Origin: Patescibacteria group bacterium
Lineage (GTDB): Bacteria > Patescibacteriota > Microgenomatia > UBA10105 > UBA927
Reading direction: 5' to 3'
NCBI GenBank assembly: GCA_041753515.1
Contig: JBGSUE010000040.1
Coordinates: 8,290-72,289, forward strand
DNA length: 64,000 bases
Part shown: positions 36,375 to 45,636 of the stretch, one piece after another
How positions within the stretch are numbered: the first letter of the stretch is position 1
Layout of the letters: every line of letters begins with the position of its first letter
Notes under the pieces: model-generated
The model's input: only the letters and a program-made list of their open reading frames with translations
Told to the model about the DNA's origin: nothing
The model's database searches: none
Program-made: the position numbers and the translations under genes

Positions 36375-38018
36375 ATGAAATCCACATATATTGCACGAGC
36401 GTTTCTTCTCACCATTTTTCTGTTTATCATTCACCTCTTTATCATCAATGATTATTCAATCAACTGGGATTTCCACCATGTCTTTTTTGCAGGTCTCTAC
36501 CACACCGGGCATCCTGTCACACGGGATCTCTGGTATGGCCTACCGTTTAACGATCCGGACCCCATGCGGATGGTGGAAACTCCATTCGGTCCGCTCCAAT
36601 CTGCTATTCCGGTATTATCGTATACGACGTTTTTCGAAAAACTGAAACTATTGCCGTTTGACAGCGCGTTTAATCTTCCTGCAGTTCTGGCCGGTTCTGC
36701 CGGAGTTTTTATTCTGTTTCTCTTTCTTCTGGAAACATTCAACCCCGCAACTGCCTGGGCAGGATTTTTATTCCTGGCATTGTATCCCAGGTTTTGGGGA
36801 GATCTTCATACAAACGTTAAGGATATCCCGACTGCCGTTCTGTATACCCTCTCAATCTATCTTGCCTGGCGGGCAGTCAACCGGAGGATTTGGCCGGATA
36901 TCATTGCCGCAGGCATTGCCACAGGCATAACTTTTAATCTCAAAGTAAACGCCATATTCATACCGATCATTATTGCCGTTTGGATCTTGTGGCTTCTTGC
37001 AACACCTGCCAAAAAACACCTGACAAAACCATTCGGGAATGTGTGGGACAACATCATTACTCCCTTCGGTTGTTATGCCATTATTGCAGCCTTGTCCGCT
37101 TTCGGCATTTGGTCTTTGTTCTGGCACAACCCCTATGACCATCTGGCATATCTGATCCGTTTTTTCCAGTACAACACAACGAATATGGAAGTAATTTTAA
37201 ACGGCTTCTGGTACTGCAGCGGTGTCAATATTCCCTGGTATTACCCCTTCTGGTATCTTGCCATCGTCACGCCGTTGCCTACCCTCATATTTGCAGTCAT
37301 AGGTTTTATGCGTCTTTTCTATCTTGCGCTCATTAAAAAACACCCATTATCTTCGCTCATCATCTTTTGGTTTTTTATCCCGCTTATCAGGTTTATGGTT
37401 CCAAATGCCTCCGTTATCGACGGCATCAGGCATTTTGAGGAAGTCATCTTTCCTTGGCTTGCAGCCGCCGCCATCGGTGCAGCATTTCTTTACAATACAT
37501 TTCTTTCAAAGAAATTATCCGTTCTCCGTCTACCGTCTGCCGTCATTCTATCTGTCTATCTTCTATCATCTATTCTCTCCTATCACCCCTACCAGCTCTC
37601 CTATTTCAATGAACTGGTCGGCGGACTTCCCGGAGCAGTCGGAAAATATGACGTCGATTACTGGGGAATATCGCAGAAAAAAGCCGTAGAATGGCTGAAC
37701 GTAAATGCCAAACCCAACGCAAGCATTCACATTATCATGTCTGCAGACGTGGCCGGAAAATATCTCCGGCCTGATCTTCTGGCAAACCTCAATAAAACGG
37801 ATTACGACAGTGCCGATTACGTGGTCGTCCTAAACCGACAATCCTTCTTTTACCGGTTTTTCTACTCGTGGGAATACTTTTTGAGACGGAAAACCGTATA
37901 TGAAGTGAAAGTGAAAGGCGTACCGCTCACCAGCATTTATCAAAATTCACTGGGAAAATTTGAAAGAAGACCTAATTGGTGGCAGGGAGAAGATCCTTGC
38001 ATGAGAAAATACTGGTAA
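36375..38018 (+). CDS. GT-C-fold membrane glycosyltransferase-like protein (PMT/ArnT-like)
   Basis: 547 aa, polytopic, with a C-terminal soluble domain. Confidence 0.5.
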   Translation: MKSTYIARAFLLTIFLFIIHLFIINDYSINWDFHHVFFAGLYHTGHPVTRDLWYGLPFNDPDPMRMVETPFGPLQSAIPVLSYTTFFEKLKLLPFDSAFNLPAVLAGSAGVFILFLFLLETFNPATAWAGFLFLALYPRFWGDLHTNVKDIPTAVLYTLSIYLAWRAVNRRIWPDIIAAGIATGITFNLKVNAIFIPIIIAVWILWLLATPAKKHLTKPFGNVWDNIITPFGCYAIIAALSAFGIWSLFWHNPYDHLAYLIRFFQYNTTNMEVILNGFWYCSGVNIPWYYPFWYLAIVTPLPTLIFAVIGFMRLFYLALIKKHPLSSLIIFWFFIPLIRFMVPNASVIDGIRHFEEVIFPWLAAAAIGAAFLYNTFLSKKLSVLRLPSAVILSVYLLSSILSYHPYQLSYFNELVGGLPGAVGKYDVDYWGISQKKAVEWLNVNAKPNASIHIIMSADVAGKYLRPDLLANLNKTDYDSADYVVVLNRQSFFYRFFYSWEYFLRRKTVYEVKVKGVPLTSIYQNSLGKFERRPNWWQGEDPCMRKYW

Positions 38019-38019
38019 A

Positions 38020-38904
38020 CTACATCGATGAAATAATTCTGCGCACGATATTACCCGCAGTTAGACCGTGATATTTAAGGAGATTTTCGTAGGATGCACT
38101 TATTGGAGTAAAAATATCTTTCAATCCAAACTTTAATAATTTCATAGTCTTATTATTTTCGAGGATATACTCTCCCACTGCGCTCCCGAATCCTCCGGTC
38201 ACGCGGTGCTCTTCAATCGTTGCCGCTATTTTATAAGTCCTGCATATTTCTTTGAGACGTTTTTTATCCAGCGGGGAAATGATAGGAAACCTGAAAATAT
38301 TGGACCGGATACCAATTTTAAACAGTTTTTTCTGTACCTCATCCGCGAGCCATAATTTTGTTCCAGTTACAAGAAAAGCCATGTCTGTATTCTGCAAAGT
38401 CTGACTTTGCAGAACCTGACGGAGAGGATTCGCCTCGATTCTCAAATACGCAGGCGTACTTGTTTTGGCAAGTGATGCAGTAATTTTTTCGGTTTGTTGT
38501 TGATCGTGCGGGGAAACAATACCCATACCCGGAAGCATCCGCATGAGGGCGATATCTTCCATCGAGTGATGCGTAGGACCGGCTTTATTGTACGCAAGTC
38601 CTGCCCCAATCCCCACAATCTTAACGTTCAGGTTCTGCATGACAATATCGGTGCGGATTTGTTCATAGCACCTCATAGATGCAAACGTGGCAATTGAATA
38701 GATAAACGGTTTCCAACCCGCTGCTGCAAGTCCGGCGGCTACGGTCACCAGGTTTGCCTCGGCAACCCCTATGTTGATAAACCGGTCCGGAAATTTTTCG
38801 GTAAACGGCTCCAGAAACCGGTATCCCAAATCTCCGGTTATGAGCATGATTTTACTATCACGCTCTGCTGCTTTGATAAGTCCCCTGATAAACGCTGCTC
38901 TCAT
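38020..38904 (-). CDS. transketolase, C-terminal (pyrimidine-binding) subunit
   Basis: LITGDLGYRF...NIGVAEANLVTVAAGLA...GPTHHSMEDIALMR. Confidence 0.8.
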   Translation of the reverse strand: MRAAFIRGLIKAAERDSKIMLITGDLGYRFLEPFTEKFPDRFINIGVAEANLVTVAAGLAAAGWKPFIYSIATFASMRCYEQIRTDIVMQNLNVKIVGIGAGLAYNKAGPTHHSMEDIALMRMLPGMGIVSPHDQQQTEKITASLAKTSTPAYLRIEANPLRQVLQSQTLQNTDMAFLVTGTKLWLADEVQKKLFKIGIRSNIFRFPIISPLDKKRLKEICRTYKIAATIEEHRVTGGFGSAVGEYILENNKTMKLLKFGLKDIFTPISASYENLLKYHGLTAGNIVRRIISSM

Positions 38905-38921
38905 AATATTTTGTCATGCTG

Positions 38922-38973
38922 AGTGAAACGAAGCATCTCTTCACGAGATTCTTCACTACGTTCAGAATGACTC
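38922..38973. repeat. inverted-repeat element E4 (short variant), 18 bp upstream of the start at 38904
   Basis: tgtcatgctgagtgaaacgaagcatctcttcacgagattcttcactacgttcagaatgact. Confidence 0.6.
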
Positions 38974-38993
38974 AGTATATCCTTTTATCAGCT

Positions 38994-39767
38994 CTATCCT
39001 TGCCTCTTTATATTCAGATTCATTAAATACCTTATAGTGTCCGATGAGCTGGTTTTCAATAATTGATATGCCGTGTCCGAAACCGTGTTGGCAATAATAA
39101 CGCTAGGTGCGTCTTTTTCAAACGGTATACGATGATATGTTTTATTAATCTCTTCAATATTGTGTCCATCAATTGTATGCACGGAAAATCCGAATGACTG
39201 CCATTTTTTTGCAAATGGTTCCAGAGGCGTAATCTCAGACGATGCGCCAAAGCACTGCCATTTGTTGTAATCCACGATGACGGTCAGATTGTCCAATTTC
39301 ATGCGTGATGCAAAAATAGCGGCTTCCCACACACTCCCCTCCCCGCATTCCCCATCGCTGATTAAGACAAAAACGTGCGGAGGTTTTTTATTAATTTTTT
39401 TATATCCCAGTGCTATACCAGAAGCAAATGCCAAGCCATGTCCGAGACTCCCTGATGTCATTTCAATACCGGGATCTTTCATTTCAGGATGCTCGCACAA
39501 TCCACCGGTATCAGCTCCGAACGAATCAATGAGTTTTTTTCCCATGATTTTTTTGTGATACAGCACAGAGTAGAGCGCTGCTGCCGCATGGCCTTTGGAC
39601 AGGATAAACCGGTCTTTTTTCACATCCAGTCTTCCGGCATACAAAACTGCCACAAGATCGGATATCGATAATGCCGATCCGATGTGCCCTGTATGGGCAT
39701 GATAAGAAATATCAAGAGAAGTCAACGCAACCTCATGACAAAATTTCTGTATATTTTTTTTCATCAT
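38994..39767 (-). CDS. transketolase, N-terminal (TPP-binding) subunit; 3' end likely frameshifted at a T-run near 39085-39090
   Basis: SKGHAAAALY...GSLGHGL...ISDGECGEGSVWEA. After ...VIIANTV the conserved ending FGHGISIIENQLIGHYK... continues in the -1 frame. Confidence 0.75.
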   Translation of the reverse strand: MMKKNIQKFCHEVALTSLDISYHAHTGHIGSALSISDLVAVLYAGRLDVKKDRFILSKGHAAAALYSVLYHKKIMGKKLIDSFGADTGGLCEHPEMKDPGIEMTSGSLGHGLAFASGIALGYKKINKKPPHVFVLISDGECGEGSVWEAAIFASRMKLDNLTVIVDYNKWQCFGASSEITPLEPFAKKWQSFGFSVHTIDGHNIEEINKTYHRIPFEKDAPSVIIANTVSDTAYQLLKTSSSDTIRYLMNLNIKRQG

Positions 39768-39802
39768 AATTCGTAATTCCTAATTCATAATTCGTAATTC
39801 TT
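39768..39802. repeat. (AATTCRT)n heptamer array: aattcgt aattcct aattcat aattcgt aattctt
   Basis: Abuts the tktN start and overlaps the last codons (ELRIMN) and the stop of the epimerase. Confidence 0.7.
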
Positions 39803-40730
39803 GTCTGTACCATTCAATTGTTTTCTTCAGACCTTCCTCGAGTAAAATTTTTGCCTTCCACCCGAGGACTTTTTCCGATTTTTCCGTACTCGCCTTCCAG
39901 TGATACGCATCCCATGCGCGCCCGGGATATGCATTTTTTACTATTTTTGATTGTGATCCAGCTTTACAAACTACTTTTTTTGCCAATTCATAGATCGTCG
40001 TTTCCTTCCCGGTGCCCAAATTAAACACTTCCCCATCCGCCCGTGATCCGGCTGATATGGTTTTCACTATTGCGCGGACAATATCATCCGTATGGATAAA
40101 ATCCCGTGCTTCGCGTCCAGTGGCAAGTTTAATGGGATTGTTTTGCAAGGCTGATTCTATAACACTTCGCACCAATCGTCCTTCTTCCTCAAACGGCCCG
40201 TAAATATTAAAAAACCTTAGAACAGTAATGGGTTTTTTGTGCCGCGTGGCATAATACTGGCACAAATGTGTTGCCGACGCTTTTGTAACCGCATAGAGGC
40301 TGTTTGGCATAATACGGTCATTCTCCATCATTGCCGTATCGCGGTATCCGTATTCGCTGGAACTTCCCGCAACAATAAATCGTTTATATGGAATATCCAC
40401 ACTCGCATCCAGAAGTCTCTTGAGTGTATTGATATTCACTTCAATCATTTTTGCCCACTCATCCTGTGATGGATATGCCCCGAATGCCGCAAGATGAATG
40501 ATTGCGTAGGGATGTGTATTTTGAAACAATTTTTCCAGTTGTTTTTCGTCTTTGAGAATACCTGTATAAAGTGTAATTTTTGACAGAAGATGACGAATTC
40601 TCCACACGTCTCCGCCGGACCGCACCGCAACATGAACATCCCACCCTCTTTGTACAAAATACTGAGTAACACTTGCTCCCACAAAACCTGCCCCGCCGGT
40701 AATAAAGACACTTTTTTTCATGTCACTCAA
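39780..40730 (-). CDS. NAD-dependent epimerase/dehydratase
   Basis: VFITGGAGFVGASV. YAVTK is YxxxK. Confidence 0.85.
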   Translation of the reverse strand: MSDMKKSVFITGGAGFVGASVTQYFVQRGWDVHVAVRSGGDVWRIRHLLSKITLYTGILKDEKQLEKLFQNTHPYAIIHLAAFGAYPSQDEWAKMIEVNINTLKRLLDASVDIPYKRFIVAGSSSEYGYRDTAMMENDRIMPNSLYAVTKASATHLCQYYATRHKKPITVLRFFNIYGPFEEEGRLVRSVIESALQNNPIKLATGREARDFIHTDDIVRAIVKTISAGSRADGEVFNLGTGKETTIYELAKKVVCKAGSQSKIVKNAYPGRAWDAYHWKASTEKSEKVLGWKAKILLEEGLKKTIEWYRQELRIMN

Positions 40731-41823
40731 TAGACTTCACACGGGACAGTGCATGCATGATCCTGTTTCTGGCATTCGGAAGATAGGTGTTGTGCTTGAG
40801 CATATACCGCTCACGGATGAGCGCTTTGACCAGTGAGATCCGCAGATAATAGAGCCAAAAACGGAGGTCAAAATCTTCCGGCAGAGTTCTGATGCTTTTA
40901 TATCCGGAAAGAAATACATCAAACCACACTTCATGTTCAAAACACCCGGATCCGTAGTATGCGATATCATATACCGGATCGCCTGCCAGGCAATCTTCCC
41001 AATCAATAATAGCTGCAACTTTTCCGCCATTCACAAATGTATTATGATTTGCCACGTCTCCATGTAAGATTGACGGCTCAAACGGGGCAATCCGTGAAAA
41101 TTTCGAAAGCTGTGTTGCTATCTCCGTTGCCTCCTTTTGGGTGATAACCCCTACCAGACTGCAGGATTCGATGTGCGAAACCATATTGAGAATAAGGTAC
41201 GACATCCATGTTTCATGAAGTCCGTGTGGTTTTCCGTCAATGATGCTTTGGATTGAAATAGGCCCGAAACGGGACGTCTTCATTTCATGAATACTGGCGA
41301 TAAACGAACCCAATTGACCAAAAAGTGAAACGGGGATATCCGTATGGAGACTTCGGTCAAACAGCGTTTCTCCGGGCAGATCTTCAACAATCTGATAGTC
41401 AAACGGCACTAACGACCGTGTTGTATCAATGTCAATGATGGTCACATGAGGAAGGGATTTTTTTTCAAGCTCCAGCATCATCCAATGCTCGGTATAAAAC
41501 GATAATTCCCGGTAAAAATCTCCGGCAGCATTAATCCGTATAACGCGGCTGCCTTTATCGGTTTTTACCCTATAAACATAATGGAGAGTTCTGCGTGCAA
41601 GTTCGTCAATTTTTTCAATGTTTTCATTATGGCGGTCGGAAAAAATTTTCCGGATATCCGGTGTGTGGACATCAAGATGGGTATTTAAGATATCCACGGG
41701 ATATACCCCGTCAACTTTCGTAAAAAAGAATGTTTTCTGATACGCGGTAAACCGGTCAACTTCGTTTTTATCGATTGCGGACGCAGATATGTCCATATCA
41801 TATGTTATCGTACCCCAAAACAC
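40723..41823 (-). CDS. APH/choline-kinase-family phosphotransferase (candidate sugar kinase)
   Basis: ILHGDVANHNTFV...IIDWEDCLAGDPVYDIA is the APH Brenner motif plus the DxE metal loop. Confidence 0.7.
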   Translation of the reverse strand: MFWGTITYDMDISASAIDKNEVDRFTAYQKTFFFTKVDGVYPVDILNTHLDVHTPDIRKIFSDRHNENIEKIDELARRTLHYVYRVKTDKGSRVIRINAAGDFYRELSFYTEHWMMLELEKKSLPHVTIIDIDTTRSLVPFDYQIVEDLPGETLFDRSLHTDIPVSLFGQLGSFIASIHEMKTSRFGPISIQSIIDGKPHGLHETWMSYLILNMVSHIESCSLVGVITQKEATEIATQLSKFSRIAPFEPSILHGDVANHNTFVNGGKVAAIIDWEDCLAGDPVYDIAYYGSGCFEHEVWFDVFLSGYKSIRTLPEDFDLRFWLYYLRISLVKALIRERYMLKHNTYLPNARNRIMHALSRVKSIE

Positions 41824-42745
41824 GGTTAATTACCATGGACAGTGATTTTATTCGATTGTATTCACTTCTTGTCAGTTCTTTCACCGTTTGTATGTTTGCT
41901 TTTTCTGTCGGAATTTCAATTGTGCCCCACGGATACTGATGCTCCAGTCTTTTTCCGTTCCATGACGGATATGTCATGGTAGGGCTGTACGGAATACCCA
42001 ATTTTTTACACAGTTTTTTGAAAAATGCCTCTTTATCCTCCACCATATCCTCATACCGCACCACGAGCATATTCCTGGAATATGTATCGGCAAAAGAAAG
42101 TGCTGCCAGCTGAACCATACTCCATGTGCGTACATATCTGTCCAGTGAATACGGCACGGGGCGACGCTTAGTTTCTGCATACGCCGCATACGGATTGCGC
42201 ACAATATGCAGCATAATTGCATCGGGAAAATCGGAAACCATTTTATCCGTATCAACAGCTATGATCGGACTGTATCCGACAAATATCTTTTCTTTACCGG
42301 TTTTTTTGTATGTACTCCACGCTGCAAACGTTGAGCGGTAGTATGCTTCCACAAGATTTTTTCGGGTTCGGTCTTTCCCTTGCATCCAGGCGACAAATGC
42401 CTTTTTCCGGTCGGTATTCGTGCACCCCAGTTCAGACACATCCCGGAATTTAGAAACATGGCGCGTATTGACCATCACTTTAAATTCTTCGTCTATGATT
42501 GCATCATAATCACTGTCCACGGTGCCTTCTATCCCGAATTCCGGCCAGCGGTATTTTTGCGGAAAACAGCTCGTCATCCAATCGGCAATTTTAAATGTTC
42601 CGGGTTGGGATTCGTACGGATACACAAAAAGTTCCGGATGGGTGTCCAAATGCCGCTGAAGTGTGTTTCCACCGTTTTCGTACATGGCAGAAATCATGAC
42701 AAAACTGAATTTTTTCGGACCGAAATCGTACGTCTTTGTGCTCAT
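41798..42745 (-). CDS. sulfotransferase-family protein (candidate glycan sulfotransferase)
   Basis: N-terminal KFSFVMISAMYENGGNTLQRHLDTHPELF is PSB-loop-like. HIVRNPYAAYAETKRR resembles the RNP 3'-phosphate-binding motif. Confidence 0.45.
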   Translation of the reverse strand: MSTKTYDFGPKKFSFVMISAMYENGGNTLQRHLDTHPELFVYPYESQPGTFKIADWMTSCFPQKYRWPEFGIEGTVDSDYDAIIDEEFKVMVNTRHVSKFRDVSELGCTNTDRKKAFVAWMQGKDRTRKNLVEAYYRSTFAAWSTYKKTGKEKIFVGYSPIIAVDTDKMVSDFPDAIMLHIVRNPYAAYAETKRRPVPYSLDRYVRTWSMVQLAALSFADTYSRNMLVVRYEDMVEDKEAFFKKLCKKLGIPYSPTMTYPSWNGKRLEHQYPWGTIEIPTEKANIQTVKELTRSEYNRIKSLSMVINRVLGYDNI

Positions 42746-42785
42746 TGCCCATACTCCTTTCAATTTTTATATTTCGATAATAGTA

Positions 42786-43553
42786 TCACAGACGTTTCAC
42801 AGCTCTCAAGGCCAAAAACAGAGGAATTTCCTTTCGTGCCCTGTTTTCCATATTTCCGTCTTTTCCCACGCTCTCCTTATCTGATGTCCATTCGTGAAAT
42901 GCATCAACAAAAAGCCCTGCGTCCCTGAGCATCGAAAAATAATCTGACAGTGGCCGATGAAATGTCCATGTGACAGGCGATTGTTTTTTACCGGGATGCA
43001 TGGAGATGGGAATGGACAGCGGACTCATATACCGGAAAATTTTTCTGTACTGGAGTTTATTTGCATCATCTATTCCCCATCCGCTCTGGCGCGGAATCCT
43101 GAAACACGGATGATTCATGACAATGACAAAAGACCCGCCGGGTTTTAACAACTTCGCGGCATTCCCGATCACTTTTTCCGGGTCTTCGATATTCTGAAGA
43201 GCCAGTATAATTGCGGCATGGGAATATATTCCATCCGGCAAAGAACCTGTGACATCATATACTTGATATGTATGCGCGCGATCTTTCTGGCGGGCAATAC
43301 GGATGAGATCGGGCGCGATATCATATCCTGTATAGGAAACACCTTTGGGTATCCCTCTTCCGAGAATTCCCTCTCCGCAGCCCAAATCCAATAAAGAATC
43401 ACCAGATTTCAAATTTAGTAATTTCAGAACACCGGAAAGTATGACATGCTCATGAAAATACTGCCCCTTTTTCCCCATACTCTCCCCATACCACGTACTC
43501 ACCTTATTCCATGATGTTTGTTTCATATGTGTAATCGAAATACTATCATCCAC
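42786..43553 (-). CDS. class I SAM-dependent methyltransferase
   Basis: Motif I LLDLGCGEGILG. The start may be M10, in which case the ORF ends at 43526. Confidence 0.7.
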   Translation of the reverse strand: MDDSISITHMKQTSWNKVSTWYGESMGKKGQYFHEHVILSGVLKLLNLKSGDSLLDLGCGEGILGRGIPKGVSYTGYDIAPDLIRIARQKDRAHTYQVYDVTGSLPDGIYSHAAIILALQNIEDPEKVIGNAAKLLKPGGSFVIVMNHPCFRIPRQSGWGIDDANKLQYRKIFRYMSPLSIPISMHPGKKQSPVTWTFHRPLSDYFSMLRDAGLFVDAFHEWTSDKESVGKDGNMENRARKEIPLFLALRAVKRL

Positions 43554-44194
43554 CTCACCATTTCCCAGACGGTTTTGAGGCGGGTTGTGGATGATCCGGT
43601 ATCGCGAATCAGCGATGGAGCCGGAATTTCATACCATGTCAGTCCCCTCTTTTTCAAGGCAAGAAGAAGCTCAAGATCGACAGCAATATTGTTGGCCGTC
43701 AGCGGTATGGACTTCAGCAGTTTTGTTTCCAGAAGTTTGGGTGTTGCGTTCACGTCTTGTGTATCAATTCCAAACAGTATTCTTGCGAGAATATTATATA
43801 TCCGGGAATTCAGGAGTCTCGTCCCGTTTTCGCGTGTTGTGCGCCAAATTTTTACCAATGCTGCATGTTTTCTGATTTCATACAATTTTTCGATATATTC
43901 AGGATCAATCTGACCATCAGACACCATGTAGCACGTATACATTCCACCCGCTTTTTGGATGCCTTTCCTCACCGCATTCCCCCATCCGATCTGTGATTGC
44001 ATAACTACAAGTTCTTTAATTTTTTTTTGCAGACTTTTCAAAACAGACAAAGTAATATCAGTTGATCCGTTTTCCATACAGATAATTTCATACGAAATTT
44101 TCAGTTTTTTGAGAACCGCAATAATTGTTTTCAGATTTTTTTCTATCCCTGCCGACTCATTATGGACGGGAAGGATGACGGTTAAATCCACCAT
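43523..44194 (-). CDS. GT2 polyprenyl-phosphate sugar synthase (short DPM1-like)
   Basis: LTVILPVHNESAGI...MENGSTD...SDGQ. Confidence 0.7.
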   Translation of the reverse strand: MVDLTVILPVHNESAGIEKNLKTIIAVLKKLKISYEIICMENGSTDITLSVLKSLQKKIKELVVMQSQIGWGNAVRKGIQKAGGMYTCYMVSDGQIDPEYIEKLYEIRKHAALVKIWRTTRENGTRLLNSRIYNILARILFGIDTQDVNATPKLLETKLLKSIPLTANNIAVDLELLLALKKRGLTWYEIPAPSLIRDTGSSTTRLKTVWEMVRWMIVFRLHI

Positions 44195-44239
44195 GGAACA
44201 TACTATAGCAAAAATAACTCCAGAAACCTATCTTGTATC

Positions 44240-44268
44240 TTGATTTAAATATAACTATAGGATAAAAT
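44240..44268 (+). promoter_or_regulatory. promoter TTGATT-N17-TAAAAT, 6 nt upstream of the ATG at 44275 (leaderless-type)
   Basis: Direct reading: ttgatt taaatataactatagga taaaat cctccc ATG. Confidence 0.5.
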
Positions 44269-44274
44269 CCTCCC

Positions 44275-45636
44275 ATGACAATTGAAAAAGAACACGGATC
44301 TGTGGAATTTATGAATCTGCCTCACACAGTTGAATCCTGGATTATGCATCCGCCTGCTGGCGGATCACTGGGAATTGAAACATTTACAATAGAAACCCCA
44401 ATTCGACCGGTTGAAATCACCATAAAACAGGCAGTCAAAGCCGAGCAGGTTGGAAATCCTCTCAAAGCCGGGTGCGGCGACGTTGCAGCAGTATTTCACA
44501 CATCTTACCCGCTTGCTTATCCCTCGACACCAGATAATTGTGCCCATATTACCGGTATCGTATGCAGGGATTTTCTGTCCCACGCGCCATCTGATTTACC
44601 ATTCTGGGAGAAAATGAAATCCGATCCTAAAATTTTGGATCATGCCGAAAGTAATGGTGTACCTATACTGAAAACTGACAGCATCGACTCCTGGACCGCT
44701 GGAAAATTGAGAACACCCAATGATTACGGTCAACTATTGATGAGTTCTCTACCATTTGACCATATGATCAATGTGGCACGCAATCCCAGATATTTCCCTT
44801 ATCTACATAAACTTGTTGAATTGGAATCGATACGTTATCAGGGCGGTGATATATCTCTGCGCACCTGCATCGACATGACTAAGAGAGTGGAACGTGTTGA
44901 TGATATTGTGCTTGACCCAATTGATAAAGTTATAACGCATGCAGTAAATACTCTTAAACATGTACCGTCTGTTGGATTTGGCGGTGACATCCAAACTCTA
45001 GCCTTTATCATCCAGATGCCTGGCAACCAGGGCGCTATACTCGCACTTCTGCGAAGCAACGCAGACGAGGTGACACGGATTAAACCGGCATCAGATCTAC
45101 CTTGGCTTCTTTTTGCTGACAATACAAATTTTCTCATGGAAGATCAGCGTATAAATTCCGAACATCGTCCCGAACATACGGATTTCAACTACAAGGCAGC
45201 AGGGTATTGGATGACAGGAGCCGGTGGCTGGAGACGGCGACGAATGATTCCTTCCGTAGCCAATAAAGGATTGCCTCGCTATACATTGTCCATTTTTTCG
45301 ATCCCTGCTGATTCAGACATGCAAATCGAAACGGTTACCGACGGTATGATATTTTCCCCCTTTGAATTAAACCGTTCTTATGGACAACTTGAAGATCAAA
45401 AAAGTCTTTTTCATATTCTTCATCGATACCTTCAATCAGGCAATCGCGAGTCATATCAGCGACAAATTACATTACTGCAAAGAATAAAACCTGAGGGTTG
45501 GATTATCAGGAATCCTGATGTTATGAATCTCTCGACATTAGTCAAAGCTGAAGAATATATTAGTTTTCTGCAGATAAAAAAGGATCTGGAACAGCCGTTT
45601 GATGATGCGACATTTATCGGCGCAAAAGTAGTATAA
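44275..45636 (+). CDS. hypothetical protein (453 aa); weak resemblance to a 2OG-Fe(II) oxygenase core
   Basis: No confident domain. HTD at EHRPEHTDFN and RYTLSIFSIPADSDMQIE resemble an HxD motif and the R-x-S 2OG-binding motif. Confidence 0.5.
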   Translation: MTIEKEHGSVEFMNLPHTVESWIMHPPAGGSLGIETFTIETPIRPVEITIKQAVKAEQVGNPLKAGCGDVAAVFHTSYPLAYPSTPDNCAHITGIVCRDFLSHAPSDLPFWEKMKSDPKILDHAESNGVPILKTDSIDSWTAGKLRTPNDYGQLLMSSLPFDHMINVARNPRYFPYLHKLVELESIRYQGGDISLRTCIDMTKRVERVDDIVLDPIDKVITHAVNTLKHVPSVGFGGDIQTLAFIIQMPGNQGAILALLRSNADEVTRIKPASDLPWLLFADNTNFLMEDQRINSEHRPEHTDFNYKAAGYWMTGAGGWRRRRMIPSVANKGLPRYTLSIFSIPADSDMQIETVTDGMIFSPFELNRSYGQLEDQKSLFHILHRYLQSGNRESYQRQITLLQRIKPEGWIIRNPDVMNLSTLVKAEEYISFLQIKKDLEQPFDDATFIGAKVV

